Of a stretch of DNA of 64,000 bases, positions 21,589 to 34,137 are shown piece by piece. The stretch is taken from NCBI GenBank assembly GCA_963713605.1, contig CAVQMO010000001.1, positions 992,001-1,056,000 of the forward strand, given 5' to 3'. Each line of letters begins with the position of its first letter. Within the stretch, counting starts at the first letter, position 1. Position numbers and translations under genes: made by a program. Below the pieces are notes generated by a model that was given only the letters and a program-made list of their open reading frames with translations, did no database searches and had not been told where the DNA came from. This DNA comes from an uncultured Nitrososphaerales archaeon. GTDB lineage: Archaea; Thermoproteota; Nitrososphaeria; Nitrososphaerales; Nitrososphaeraceae.

Positions 21589-21996
21589 ATGTTGCTGCCT
21601 TCAGAAATAGAAGCAAAGTCTCTCATTCCTGCGGTCAGAGCTATTCTAGCAAGAAAACTAACTGGAGAATATGCCATGAAGGAAGAGGTTGTTGCAAAAG
21701 TTCTAGGGGTAACGCAGGCGGCGGTCAGTAATTATGTTCGTGGAACTCGAGGAGACACAGAATTAATGTCTAAACTTAGCCTAGTGGATCAAATAATTGA
21801 AATGATCGATGATATAGCGCGAGATTTGGCATCAAATAAAGCATATACACCTTACACTATGTCGAAATTTATTGAACTCTGCAACTATATTCGTCACTCA
21901 TTAATTATATGTGATATACATCACAATATTGAATCCAACATAGATGAAGGAGTCTGCCAACTCTGTAAGGGAAACTTAATGTCAGGTAGGTTTTAG
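21589..21996 (+). CDS. HTH transcriptional regulator resembling the ThiR N-terminal domain, with Cys/His-rich C-terminus
   Basis: LPSEI...IPAVRA, LGVTQAAVSNY helix-turn-helix, CDIH...CQLC. Confidence 0.8.
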   Translation: MLLPSEIEAKSLIPAVRAILARKLTGEYAMKEEVVAKVLGVTQAAVSNYVRGTRGDTELMSKLSLVDQIIEMIDDIARDLASNKAYTPYTMSKFIELCNYIRHSLIICDIHHNIESNIDEGVCQLCKGNLMSGRF

Positions 21997-22017
21997 CTTA
22001 TGGTTGGGAACTCATCA

Positions 22018-23301
22018 TCATTCTACACTTCGCCTTAAAATCTTTGTAACGAATGGTAGTATTTCAATCCCTTTCATTGATCCTCTGCTCCCTCGCAGAG
22101 ATTCTTTTTCTGTAAATCTATTACTATCGTCTTTTTCAACACCTCCGCCGGTGAACAATACGGGGATAGGATCATCTGTATGCGCCTTTCTTATGCAAGG
22201 TGTCGAGTGGTCGCCTGAAACAATTAGCATTGTTTTTGATACGTCCACATTTTTTAATAAAGTGCCGAAGAAAAGGTTGTCTATTTGTTCTATGCACATT
22301 TTCTTTCCATTTGCATCACCATCATGACCAAATTCATCCGGGCCTTTGATATGTACATATACAATATCCCATTTCTTAATTTGTTCTATACACTTCCTTG
22401 CCTTTTCCTGATACGCGTTAATGTCACCACCCGTTGTGTAGTGCATCCCTGTGATTCTTGATATTCCAACCTCCACTGGCATATCGACCACGGAACCAAA
22501 CTCTAAGCCATACCGCTTTGAAATTGGTTCAATCGAGGGTAAATGATTTCCAGAATCTCGCAACAAAATCGCATTCATCGGCTTCAATCCTTTAGCTGTT
22601 CGACGACTATTTACAGGGTGGTTGGCCAATATTTGCACTACTTGTCTGCTGAATTCATTGATTGCCTGTGCTGAGGTGGCTGCAGACTCACTTTCCTCCT
22701 CCGGTACACTGTCTTGAATCTTCAGGCTTGTGCTATCTCTGGATATTCCTATCCCATTAATCCGATCATATGCAGGATTTGTGTTCGATACCTTAGACGA
22801 GAGTCTAAGAGAAGGATGGCTGAATTTAACGATTACTCGATGCCCTACGCTTGGCTGTAGTGTGACGTTGATATTGTGAGTAATCTTCAGACATTCTTCC
22901 AGTGTCCTGCATATCTCCAGGGCTTCATCGTGTTCAATAATTCTCCCTGCCCTCCTATCGATTATATTCCCTTGCTCGTCAACAGTCGCAAAGTTTCCCC
23001 TTAGGACGAGGTCACCATCCTTAAAATCCATTCCCATGCCCAGTGCTTCTATGATACCACGTCCTGGATATCCAACATCCTTAAAATCGTATCCTAGCAT
23101 GTTAAAAACTGCAATGTCGGATTGGGGGGCAATCCCTTTCCCTACACTTACCACACTTCCCAAACAGCCATTGGAAGTCAACTGGTCTAAATTGGGTGTT
23201 CGCGCTGCTTCTAGCGGAGTAAGTCCTCCAAGTAAAGGATGTGGCAAATCACCCAAGCCATCTAATAAGACATAGATGGCTTTTGAAGAAGCTGGATTCA
23301 A
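22018..23301 (-). CDS. apgM: 2,3-bisphosphoglycerate-independent phosphoglycerate mutase (archaeal)
   Basis: DGLGD, TPLEAA.TPNLD, SD, GRG..EALG, DEFGHDG, GDHSTP. Confidence 0.93.
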   Translation of the reverse strand: MNPASSKAIYVLLDGLGDLPHPLLGGLTPLEAARTPNLDQLTSNGCLGSVVSVGKGIAPQSDIAVFNMLGYDFKDVGYPGRGIIEALGMGMDFKDGDLVLRGNFATVDEQGNIIDRRAGRIIEHDEALEICRTLEECLKITHNINVTLQPSVGHRVIVKFSHPSLRLSSKVSNTNPAYDRINGIGISRDSTSLKIQDSVPEEESESAATSAQAINEFSRQVVQILANHPVNSRRTAKGLKPMNAILLRDSGNHLPSIEPISKRYGLEFGSVVDMPVEVGISRITGMHYTTGGDINAYQEKARKCIEQIKKWDIVYVHIKGPDEFGHDGDANGKKMCIEQIDNLFFGTLLKNVDVSKTMLIVSGDHSTPCIRKAHTDDPIPVLFTGGGVEKDDSNRFTEKESLRGSRGSMKGIEILPFVTKILRRSVE

Positions 23302-23440
23302 TCCTTAAGAACTATATCGAACCAGATTTATTCTTATTGCGCGATAATCATCTGAGGGAAAATATTAAATACATTAAATACAGCAATGGCCGCCTTTTGA
23401 ATAGGGACAATTCTTTGACCTACTTATTATAAGTGCTCGA

Positions 23441-24811
23441 ATGCAATATCTTGTTGCGTTGAAGGTAGCATTGACAATCGCAGGAAGCGACTCTGGAGGA
23501 GGAGCTGGAATACAGTCTGATATCAAGACCTTTTCTGCACTGGGCATTTTTGGTTGCTCAGTAGTTACAGCAATAACATCACAGAATACGTTTGAATTGA
23601 GAAATATATACCCTATTCCTGCTAAGATAGTTTCCGATCAGTTAAGGGCGATTCTATCTGACTTTAAACTGGGCGCCATTAAGATCGGAATGGTATATAA
23701 TGCCGAGATAATGGAAGAGGTATACAAAAAACTTAAGAATGCCAAAATTCCAATAGTTGTAGATCCGATCCTCTCTACTGGAACAGGATATAGCTTGATT
23801 TTCGAAAATGACCTCGAGTATTTTAAGGAATCTATTATTCCCATGTCGTATTTACTTACTCCTAACCTGCCTGAGGCGGAAGCTATTTCTGGAATAAAAA
23901 TTAGATCCACTAATACATTAATCGATGCAGCCAATGCGCTTTTGGATATGGGGGCAACTAATGTGTTGATCAAAGGTGGGCATTCTAATATAACTAGAGA
24001 TATTACAGATTTCCTTCTTACCCAAGATAGACAAGTAGTTAGATTAAGAAAGGAACGAATAGAAATCAATCCGTTACATGGCTTGGGGTGCAACTTCTCA
24101 GCTGCCATAACTGCCGAGCTCGCAAAACAAATTCCGTTAAAGCATGCTTGTCACCTAGCGAATGATTATGTATTCTCAGGCATCACCAATTCGATACACG
24201 TAGGAAAAGGATCTGCAGTAGTTGATCCCTTTTTATTTCTCTATTCGAATTCAGATAAATTCCTCGTCATAAAAGACCTGGATACAGCTGTAACTAATAT
24301 TGAATCAATTGAAAATTTTGGTTCCTTAATACCTGAGACATCGTCCAACATAGCATATGCCATCTCTTGCCCTACAGGGCTATCAGACGTTGCGGCGGTG
24401 GAGGGAAGAATTGCGAAAGTAGGCAATCGAGCGAAGGCCGTGGGACGTATTCATTTCGGAGCATCGAAGCACGTGGGTTCATCGGTCATAAGTTATATGA
24501 AAGTACACCCCCACATTCGTTCTGCCATCAATTTGCGATATGATGAGAAGATTCTTGCGATTTGCAAAAAAAATTTCAAAGTAGCATCATATGATAGGCA
24601 TGCCGAACCTCGGGACAGGAAAGTTACGGAGGGAATGTCCATCCCCTGGGGAATTGAAACGGGATTACGAATGAATCCAAATGCGGACGTCATCTATCAT
24701 TTAGGAGATATGGGAAAAGAAGCAATGATTTTAGTATTTGATAAAAATCCGTCTAGCTTGGTAGGAAAGGTTAACAATATCCTTATCGAGTTCCTTAACC
24801 AATCCTCATGA
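23441..24811 (+). CDS. thiD: Bifunctional HMP/HMP-P kinase - thiamine-phosphate synthase (ThiD-ThiN fusion); probable start TTG 23459
   Basis: [23 protein letters not shown]; ThiN domain with IPE..SN, FGASKH, GKEAM. Confidence 0.93.
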   Translation: MQYLVALKVALTIAGSDSGGGAGIQSDIKTFSALGIFGCSVVTAITSQNTFELRNIYPIPAKIVSDQLRAILSDFKLGAIKIGMVYNAEIMEEVYKKLKNAKIPIVVDPILSTGTGYSLIFENDLEYFKESIIPMSYLLTPNLPEAEAISGIKIRSTNTLIDAANALLDMGATNVLIKGGHSNITRDITDFLLTQDRQVVRLRKERIEINPLHGLGCNFSAAITAELAKQIPLKHACHLANDYVFSGITNSIHVGKGSAVVDPFLFLYSNSDKFLVIKDLDTAVTNIESIENFGSLIPETSSNIAYAISCPTGLSDVAAVEGRIAKVGNRAKAVGRIHFGASKHVGSSVISYMKVHPHIRSAINLRYDEKILAICKKNFKVASYDRHAEPRDRKVTEGMSIPWGIETGLRMNPNADVIYHLGDMGKEAMILVFDKNPSSLVGKVNNILIEFLNQSS

Positions 24812-24878
24812 CCTGTGGATTATTTTTATGAGCACAGATTGTTAAGTATATACATGACTTATGAAGTGAAGAGATGCT

Positions 24879-25595
24879 GTGAAGGCCGTTATATTGGCAG
24901 GCGGGCTCGGTACCAGACTGCAACCGTACACCTTTTTCATTCCAAAGCCTATGCTGCCTTTGGGCAACAAGCCACTTCTCGAGCATATCATCTCTTGGTT
25001 GACAAACAGAAGCGCCAACAGGATTGATCATGTTGTGATATGTGTAAGCTATCTACATAGAACTATAGAAGATTACTTTGAAGATGGTAGACGATTTGGA
25101 TTGAAGATAGATTATGCTAGAGCAGATAGACCTTTAGCAACGGCTGGCCAGTTAAAGACTGCTGAAAAATTCCTTGAAGACGAGACGTTTGTTTGCCTCT
25201 ATGGCGACTCCATTTATGAATTCGATATTCATAGAATGATTCGCGAACACAGGAAGTCGAAGGCGTTTTTGTCAATGGCTCTGCTTCGCTACAGGACTAA
25301 CCTGAAATACGGAGTAATAGAAGTAGCAGGCAAATCCAATAGAGTATCTTCATGGAAAGAAAAACCTGAAATTACTGGTCTGATAAACATCGGTTGTTAC
25401 GTTATTGAACCAGAATTCTTTAAGCTTGTACCTAAATCCAGTGCATACGGAATGGATGAAGCAGTGAAAAAAGCCCTGGAGGATAAAAAAATAGTTCGAG
25501 GATTCACGATAGATTCAGGTTTTGTAGATATTGGAGATAAGAAGACCTATCTCGATGAGTATAAAAAATTCGTCAAAAAACTGGGAAAAATATGA
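24879..25595 (+). CDS. Sugar-phosphate nucleotidyltransferase family protein
   Basis: LAGGLGTRL, PKPM, YGD, EKP. Confidence 0.9.
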   Translation: MKAVILAGGLGTRLQPYTFFIPKPMLPLGNKPLLEHIISWLTNRSANRIDHVVICVSYLHRTIEDYFEDGRRFGLKIDYARADRPLATAGQLKTAEKFLEDETFVCLYGDSIYEFDIHRMIREHRKSKAFLSMALLRYRTNLKYGVIEVAGKSNRVSSWKEKPEITGLINIGCYVIEPEFFKLVPKSSAYGMDEAVKKALEDKKIVRGFTIDSGFVDIGDKKTYLDEYKKFVKKLGKI

Positions 25596-25885
25596 GCAAC
25601 CAGATGAACATTCTCTAATTTAAGAAAGAGGGATTCTGAAAGTATTGTCGGGCTTTAGTTCTAAACCTTGGAATACTTCATAAGTCTCAGCTTCTCCAAA
25701 CATCCCATCTGTTAGATACTTAATATTGTTTGAAAGGGAGTGAATCTAGACCTATAGATAGACTATTATCTCATAAGTAAAGCTTTATTATTAATAGACA
25801 ATTAGCAATCTCGGGTAGCCGGCTAGGGTGTTCTCACTTTCGATACTATATTAATTTCCAAGCAAAACTGGGACATGAAACAGCA

Positions 25886-26338
25886 TTATTTTTCATAATC
25901 TCTTGCATGTCTGACCCTACTTTGCGGAGCAATTTTGGCAATATAGGCACCCAAAGTTAGTACGCCTATTCCAGCTGCTACAAAAATTTTTGGCGCATAA
26001 TCCAACCCTATTGTTTTGAATTGAATATCAATATCTTGTATCATAGTATCAGCAATCCACATACCCACTATGAGCAGGAATCCTGTCAAAATTAGAATCA
26101 ATCCGGCAAAGGCATTTCTACTTCGGAAAGACAGGCCGAACACCACGCCTGCCAAAATAAGGCTAGGTGCCCCTGAAATTGAGATGGTTTGTGCAAGCAG
26201 TGCTCCCGGGTCGACATCTACATTCGGGCCTTCCCCTTCTGGTCCAACTAAGAATGCATAAAACGAGATCATCATTGATACAAAAAGCCCACCTATTGCT
26301 AAGGCCCCAATAGAGGTCCAGCTTTCTAACTTCGCCAT
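25886..26338 (-). CDS. Hypothetical membrane protein (4 TM)
   Basis: Four hydrophobic segments; ATG at 26338 just after the galT-like stop. Confidence 0.7.
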   Translation of the reverse strand: MAKLESWTSIGALAIGGLFVSMMISFYAFLVGPEGEGPNVDVDPGALLAQTISISGAPSLILAGVVFGLSFRSRNAFAGLILILTGFLLIVGMWIADTMIQDIDIQFKTIGLDYAPKIFVAAGIGVLTLGAYIAKIAPQSRVRHARDYEK

Positions 26339-26363
26339 GTATCGACCAACAACTACAGCAGAG

Positions 26364-27390
26364 TCAGGTAATACCCACAAGTTCTGCCAATTCTTTCCTA
26401 CAGGTCTGCTCCAAGTGTTTCAGCCCCTTTTTCAGGTCCAATCCTATTCACATAAACACCATATCCTCGCTCAAGACCGGACCAAGTGTGGAGCTGCGGA
26501 TAAACTTCTATGTGCCAGTGAATTTGTCTGCTATTTTTCTTTTCAGGCGAAAGATGAAACACTAGATTAAAGGGAATATTGTTAAGCGCTCTTGACAACC
26601 CTCCCAGTGTAGCTCTCAGGATCATCGCTAGTCCGCTTATTTCCTTTTGACTGATCTTAGAAAATGTCGTCATGTGTTTCTTTGGATAAATCCAGAATTC
26701 ATATGGGTAACTTGAGGCCCAGGGACAGAATGCAAGATAAGTATCAGTAGATAATATCTGTCTTGGCCCTTCTGATTCAACGCCAAGTGTTATACAGGCT
26801 GGACAATTTCCGTTTTCGTTCATGAACTTGTGAGCCGCCTCCGCTTCAATCTCTATAACTGGAGGTATAGTGGACAATGTCAGGAGATTCAAATGTGGAT
26901 GGGACGAAGCAGCCCCTGCTGCCATCCCGTCATTGACGTATATGGATACGTAAGTCACTCCCTTTTGAGTGTACAACCATCTCACTCTATCCTGAATAAC
27001 AAGCAGGACATTGGTCCACTGCTCAATCGATATCGAAGACAAATTCGCATTGTGATCAGGTGAGGCTACTACAATCTGATGATAGCCGTAAGCTGGTTCA
27101 CTATAGTGTGGCTTATCTGTGTAATCTACGGCCTCCAAAGTTGTGACAGACGGATTGCTGCTCTGAAACACACGAACGCACCATTCTTCAATTGGACTTT
27201 CCTCAGTATCAGATAACCGCTTAAGTATCCCGTCCTTAGCCACAAGAGCCAAGGTAGCGCGCTCCGTCATTAATTCATTGCCAGGACAGAATGGACAACC
27301 AGACTGTAAATCTGCGTTAGCCGCGTTTTTCATCTGATACGGAAGAATTACAAACTTTTCAAGAACATAGTCTTTTCTTAAATTACCCAC
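26364..27390 (-). CDS. GalT-like HIT-superfamily nucleotidyltransferase (C-terminal frameshift)
   Basis: CPFCPGNE, GYHQIVV.SPDH, AGAASSHPH, HWHIE. Confidence 0.88.
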
Positions 27391-27544
27391 TTACTTCGCC
27401 CTGCCCCTTAAAACGAGGCTAACCTTTTAAATAAAGCTTCTGCAAGCCCAGAGCATAGGCTTTATAATCCAATAACTCCTTGTCCGACTGATATTGCATA
27501 ATATTTCAGTCCAAAACCCACGACCTATTGATCCAAAGAATCAA

Positions 27545-29378
27545 CTACTCAACTGATTTGCTTAAGAATATCTTAATTTCCTGTCCTGAAAGGAAAGCAC
27601 TTATCAGTTTTTTGCCGCTTAGCTGATTTCTTGTCGATCTTCACCCTTGCTTTCTTACCAACTTGGCTATTCAGAACAAAATCATCTTCTACATAGATGT
27701 CGATTGCTTTTCCGACGGCACTGTCGCTGGTCAGAAAAGTGATTGCAGAACCAGCTTCCACAATATCAAATTCGATTTGCTTACCTAAGGCCGGTGTTTT
27801 TGCCTCTACATCGATACCCACCCCGAGAATATTCTCCAATTCGTTTATTGTCGATCCTCCTTTGCCAATCAATCGAGGAATTACCTCCTTATCCACCCTG
27901 ACTTGAATTCTTTTCTCCGACATGATTTTAACTTCTGCTCCCGGATCAAATCTCCTAATTGTATCCTTGATCTGTGCCGCGGCCAGTTTTTTAATAGCAT
28001 CATGTTGAGTCTCCGGTCTCTCCAAACTACCAACATGAACTACTACATTTTCCTCACCGTATGTATAAATTTCATATTCTACTTCCTGTGTTTCAAAATC
28101 CTTGATCTCGACAAGAGGTCTCGCGAGGTCAGGTTCCGACATCCCAGATGGGACCCTAACAGTGAGAGAGATGTCAAACACCTTATTCACTGTTCCATTC
28201 TTGATGAAAATAATCGTGTCTATAATATGAGGGATCATTCCAAGTTCAATTCTTCCTATGAAACGCTGAATTGCATCTAGCGAAGAGGGAGCATGAAGAA
28301 CCCCTATCATTCCGACACCTGCAAGTCTCATGTCTGAAAATACTTCAAAATCTGCCTTCCTTCTGACTTCGTCAAACACTGTATAATCTGGCCTTACTAA
28401 AAGAAGGATATCTACTGCGTTATCAAAACTACCTTCCAAAGGTCCGTATTGTGTAATCTCTTTTTTAACCTGCAAATCTCTCGGAGATTCAAATGTTTTT
28501 ACAATTTTGCTTCTATCAACATAATATTCAGCCAAGCTGCTCGCGAAAGTGCTCTTCCCCGAACCTGGAGGTCCAGCAATCACTATACCTTCAGCTGCTT
28601 CATCTAGCCTATGCTGTAGCTTGCCCGAAAGCTCGATAATCCTGGATTCGGAGCTTCACAATGGGCTTCACCACAGTTATTTCCATGCCATCAGAAAATG
28701 GTGGCCTCGTTACTGCAATTCTGTAGTTTCCATACTGATATACAGTAGCTCCATTTAGGCTAACTTCAACCGTTCCTATTTCTGGATTTCTGCATAGCTC
28801 TGAAATTTCCCTCACAATTGACATTAGTTCATTCCTCTTTGATGGTTTGTCTTCTAGGGTCTCGAGGTGAAAGTTCCCCGGGATACCTCTCTTAGCGACG
28901 GGCAGAACACCTTCTTTCATGTGCACACTCATTGTATGTTCGTCAAAGTACTCTTCAAAGCCCAGTGAAGAGGAGCTGACTGAATACGACGAGGGATGTG
29001 CCAAGTCCGAATACCATAAGCTTCTGCGACCTGAGATTGCACGTAATCTGCAGTCACTAGTGTGGCCTCCTCGATTAAGGCCAACTCGTTGATTATTGCA
29101 TCAATTCGCCCTCGAGTCGCCAAACTAATATCATCGACAGAGGGTCTCTCACCTACAAACTTCAATTCTACATTCAAAGTCTTGCATATACTTCTAATCT
29201 TCTTAATTTCATTCAAACCAATGAAGCCGTACTCCTTATTTGTAGACGCTTGAGATTGCAATTCGTCTAGTACTGCGACTGGGATGATGATGATAGAAAA
29301 GTCAGAACTCTTAGATCTTTCAAGTATTCTAGTAAATTCGCCATCTATTATTGCACTAGTGTCTAGTAATATCTTCAT
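27545..29378 (-). CDS. PIN-domain/P-loop ATPase/KH protein (PINA-type), split by about 3 frameshifts
   Basis: LDTSAIIDG PIN domain; GPPGSGKST Walker A; DEVR; LIGKGG KH motif. Confidence 0.9.
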
Positions 29379-29516
29379 AATAACAGAACCAATCCTTAGT
29401 GAAATAAGGTACATCGTGATGTATTATTATTACGTTCGGTAGGGGAACACACAAGGAAGAAATAATGTCCGATCGATGCGAAAGACTCTTTAAAAAGTTA
29501 GGCGATTTTAGCGATA

Positions 29517-30275
29517 ATGAAGCTTAAGGGCAAGGTAGCGGTAATTACAGGTGCTGCTGGTGGAGTCGGGAAAGCAACCGTCAAAAGGCTTGCGTCTGAA
29601 GGGTGTAAAGTTGTACCGATTGGAAGGAATAGGAAAAGTCTCGATAAAGTTGCTGAAGTGATTCAGGAGAAGAAAAACGTCCTTGCAATTAAAGCAGATC
29701 TTACAAGAGAAGGTGAAGTGATTAGCGCAGCGGAGCAAACAGTATCTAAATTTGAAACAATCGACATTCTGGTTAATAACGCTGGGATAATCAGTGATCC
29801 AACTCCATTTCACCTGATGACTGAGGAACAATGGAACTTGCTTATTAACACGAATCTATTTGGGACTTTTAGAATGACAAAGGCTGTACTTCCATTCATG
29901 CTCAAGAATAAGAGTGGTAGTATTGTCAACATATCCTCTTTGCTGGGAATCAGGGCAATTCCCAACGTACCATTGTCCATATATGGTGTAACGAAAGCAG
30001 GCATAATCATGCTAACCAAAAGTATTGCCGTTGAGTATGGACCGTTTGGTATCAGGTGCAATTGTGTTGTTCCGTCCACCATACAAAGCCCAATTATAGA
30101 TCCTTACTTACAAGATGAAAATGCCCGAAAGTTACTTGAAACTTCGTTCCCTCTGAGGAAGATAGGAACACCAGAGGACATATCAGGGACTGTATCATAT
30201 TTGTGTTCTGGAGATGCAAAATGGGTAACCGGTAGTATTATTACCGTTGACGGGGGGATCTCAGCAAAACAGTAA
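29517..30275 (+). CDS. SDR-family oxidoreductase (FabG-like)
   Basis: TGAAGGVG, VNNAG, YGVTK. Confidence 0.92.
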   Translation: MKLKGKVAVITGAAGGVGKATVKRLASEGCKVVPIGRNRKSLDKVAEVIQEKKNVLAIKADLTREGEVISAAEQTVSKFETIDILVNNAGIISDPTPFHLMTEEQWNLLINTNLFGTFRMTKAVLPFMLKNKSGSIVNISSLLGIRAIPNVPLSIYGVTKAGIIMLTKSIAVEYGPFGIRCNCVVPSTIQSPIIDPYLQDENARKLLETSFPLRKIGTPEDISGTVSYLCSGDAKWVTGSIITVDGGISAKQ

Positions 30276-30356
30276 TAGCTGATATTCGCTGATATTCAGA
30301 AATTGATAAGACTTTCCTTACTAAAGGGGGCATCGAATCGGTCATGTTTTGTTTGC

Positions 30357-30778
30357 TCATATATTTGCAAGTAGTAGCCTCTTTCTCCATTTTCGTACTT
30401 TTGGGATGATCGTATCCATGATTAGCTTGATGAAGATTTTGTATATCAGGATCGAAGGATAGCAATAGCACGTAGTATAAGGTGCTGTTCGCATCCGCAA
30501 TAGGAATTGTTGCTCTTGCAAGACGTTCGAATCGGGAACTCGCGTAGTGGATTCGTCCTAGATGGTATTCCCAGCGTAATCTAGTGGTACTGTCTCGTAG
30601 CTGCTGTGATTGCATACTGTGCTCTTTCTTCATCCGAAAGCAAAGGCTTTAGATCTTGACGCTGTGAGACGGCGAGGAGCTTTCCCTCTTTATCCGATAT
30701 GCCGGCAAACCGGATGGAATCATTTAATGAAATCACTTCATCGCATACCTTTTGAAACAAGTTAGTTTTACGTTTCAT
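30357..30778 (-). CDS. Small roadblock/profilin-like hypothetical protein (2 frameshifts)
   Basis: CDEVISLNDSIRFAGI..EGKL resembles a family expanded in Nitrososphaerota; continues in the shifted frames. Confidence 0.6.
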
Positions 30779-30895
30779 GCCAATAAAAAGGAGCTTTCCG
30801 CGTAATTTGAATTTATCAAATTAAGCCCATCAGTTCATTTTGGAAATTAACACTACCGTTTATTAGTACAACTATTGTCATGATTTAGCATTCCA

Positions 30896-32073
30896 TTGCA
30901 CAATACTACACGAATCTTTCCTCAAAGTCGACCGTCAATTGGAATAATCGGGGGCGGTCAGCTGAGGAAAAATGATTGCACAGGAAGCAAAACGTATGTC
31001 ACTCAAAGTGCATATTCTGGATCCAGATCCAGAATGTCCTGCGTCTTCATTAGCGGATGAGCTGTTTGTAGCCGATTTCAGGGACGAAAATGCTATAAGA
31101 AAGCTCTCGGAGCATGTTGATGTACTGAACTGTACGAAATAGAACTGGCAGATTCGGACGTCCTTATCGATTCTGAGTCGTGCCAAAAAGGCTATCCATC
31201 CCGCTCCCGAGACTCTCAAAATAATTCAAAACAAATTTAGACAAAAGATTTTTCTACAAGAAAAAAATCTGCCTGTGCCCAAGTTTGCATTATTAGACGA
31301 TATTGCCCCTGGCACAAATACAGTCTTTGATCGATTCCCACTAATATTGAAAGCATGCGAAAACTCGTATGATGGAAGAGGGAACCGACTAATTTACAAT
31401 GAGGAAGATATTACAAATGCGGCGAATGAGAAGAGCGTTGAAAAGTGGATGGTAGAGGAATTCATACATTTCAGGAAGGAACTATCCGTCATGGTAGCAA
31501 GAAATGAATCCGGCCAGGTCTCCTCTTTTCCTGTGGCCGAGAACAAACACTCTGACAGCATTCTGGATACCACTCTGGCCCCTGCAAGGATATCCGAGCG
31601 CACAGAAGGGATGGCTCGAGGTATAGCAGAGAGGACAGTAGATTTCTTAAAGGGTTCTGGTATATTTTGTGTTGAGATGTTCCTAAGGTCAGACGGAGAG
31701 ATCCTGAATTAATGAAATTGCCCCGCGACCTCACAATTCAGGACATTATAGTATTGAAGGTTGCTCTATATCTCAGTTTGAGACAGCATATTAGAGCAAT
31801 TTTGAACCTGCCGCTTCCAAAACCTCGACTTAGGTCACCGACAGTAATGGTCAATATTTTAGGACCTAATGCATTTGAAGGGGAGTACGTATATGGATGG
31901 TTTGAATGAGCTCTCTAAGCATAGAAGGGCTGAAATTGCATTTGTATGGCAAACGTGTTTCAAAGCCAAGGAGAAAGCTTGGACATGTAACGATAACAGC
32001 ATGCACTATCTCGGACGCGATCGACAAATCGAAAATAGCAAAGGGTAATTTAAGAATCATGAAGAAGGATTGA
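30896..32073 (+). CDS. purK: N5-carboxyaminoimidazole ribonucleotide synthase (multiple frameshifts)
   Basis: [37 protein letters not shown] across frames; followed by purE. Confidence 0.9.
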
Positions 32074-32080
32074 TGTTGCT

Positions 32081-32590
32081 ATGAATCGCATACTAGTCGG
32101 TATTATAATGGGGAGTGAATCAGATCTCCCTATAATGAAGAATGCCTCCGACGTTCTACTGCAGTTTGAAGTAGAGCATGAGATACGAATCGTTTCTGCC
32201 CACAGGACCGTTCACGAGATGATATCATATGGCGAAAGCGCTAAAGGTAGAGGTTTAGAGGTCATAATAGCTGGAGCAGGAGGTGGAGCTCACCTCCCGG
32301 GCATGATTGCTTCATTGACGCTATTGCCGGTCATAGGTGTCCCCATTAAGGCCTCGAGTCTCGACGGTGTTGATTCTCTTCTGTCGATAGCTCAAATGCC
32401 TTCAGGGATCCCTGTTGCTACGGTCGCCATAAATGGCTCAGCCAATGCTGCTATACTCGCTTGTCAGATACTAGCTATCAAGTATCAGGAAATACTCTCT
32501 AAACTAGAACGGTATCGCTTTGACATGAGGAATAAGGTGATCGCTAGCGCTGAGAAGTTTGAAGAGGAATTTAATACAAAAAGTTCCTAG
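32081..32590 (+). CDS. purE: N5-CAIR mutase
   Basis: [30 protein letters not shown]. Confidence 0.97.
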   Translation: MNRILVGIIMGSESDLPIMKNASDVLLQFEVEHEIRIVSAHRTVHEMISYGESAKGRGLEVIIAGAGGGAHLPGMIASLTLLPVIGVPIKASSLDGVDSLLSIAQMPSGIPVATVAINGSANAAILACQILAIKYQEILSKLERYRFDMRNKVIASAEKFEEEFNTKSS

Positions 32591-34032
32591 CTTCTTCCCT
32601 TCAACACTGCACGAGATTTAAACAATGGTTTGACTCCCAATGACGAATAATCACCGGTAGGACAAGTAAAGCACAACTCCTCTTCGGGTATATTGATAGC
32701 CCTTGCAAGTGTAGATGTGTTATTGTAAGTGAAGAAATCTGCTCCCAAAGTTCGTGCAACTTTATGTGCAATATCAGTAGTTCTGACTGTGTCTTCCTTT
32801 ACCTGTTGGTATGCCAAGAGTTCTTCCTGAGAAGGAAAATCAATACCTGCATAGCAAGGGTATCGGACTGGTGGATAGGTGACTATCATGCTTATCTTAT
32901 TTGCCCCATATTCTCTAAGCATTTTTATTATTGAGGCAGAACTTGTCCCCCTAACTATGCTATCATCGACGACGACGATATTTTTTCCCCGTATCACGTC
33001 TGCTAACGGAATAATCTCTTTATTTATTTCCACTCGGGTCTGGTGAAAAGGCTCGATAAAGCTTCGCATCGAACCCTTCTTGCTATATCTGTTCTTCATT
33101 AATCCTTCCTCAAAGGGAAGGCCAGTCTTCGAGCGCATAACCAAGGGCTGCCGGGCGGGCTGAATCCGGAACTGGTATCACAAGGTCTGCATCTGGGATT
33201 CTGAATTCTCTTGCCAAGAATTCACCGATACGTTTACGAGCAGCGTAAACGTTGACACCTTCCATAACACTAGCAGGATGCGCAAAGTAAGTGTATTCAA
33301 ATGCGCAATGCGCATGTGGGTTCTCTCTTGCAAAATATTCTGATTTAAGTCCAGACTCGTCGATCCGAAGTATCTCGCCAGGCTCCACGTCTCTGAGCAA
33401 ATATGCCCCTACGGCAGAAAGGGCACAAGATTCTGATGCGACAATGTAAGTGTTTGATGGTTTGTGTAATCCGACAACAAGAGGTCTAAATCCCTTCGGG
33501 TCCCTTGTCGCGTAGACCGACCCGTCACCGGTTAAAAATGTGAAACAGAACGAACCAATCATTTCGTGTCTTAAAATAGTAAGTGCCTCGGTTATGTCCT
33601 TCTTTTCAGCGAGATGACCGGCCAAATGCTGAGCTGCAACCAAAGGTGTCACTCATCGACTGAGGAGTAAAAGAGCAACCACCTACCATTGATGTCAACT
33701 GGTCGACATTTGCAATTGTTCCGTTATGAGCAATACAGAGTTCCTTTACCTTAATCGGCTGTGCATTACTCAACTTACTCTTTCCAGTAGTAGAATAACG
33801 GACATGACCGATAGCTGGCATGAGATTTGTATTTCCTCGTAATCGTAGCAAATTCGTTCGCTGAAGACGATACCAATCCAATTCTTTTTAAAGGAGCTTT
33901 CTGAGGAACTGCCACACCCCAGGCTTCCTGGCCCCTATGTTGTAACGCTCTCAGACAATCAATTGCGAAAGGTATCACATTAATTCTATCCATCGAAAAG
34001 ATACCTACAACACCACAGTTTTCGTGGATCAT
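32587..34032 (-). CDS. purF: Amidophosphoribosyltransferase (3 frameshifts)
   Basis: ENCG N-terminal Cys, [33 protein letters not shown]. Confidence 0.95.
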
Positions 34033-34137
34033 TTAGATCATCAAATACAATCTATCCATTCCCCCACTATAATGCCTTCCAATCATCGGTACTTCTGAAT
34101 GTTAAATAATTGATCATATTCCGAGAATTTTTTGGCA

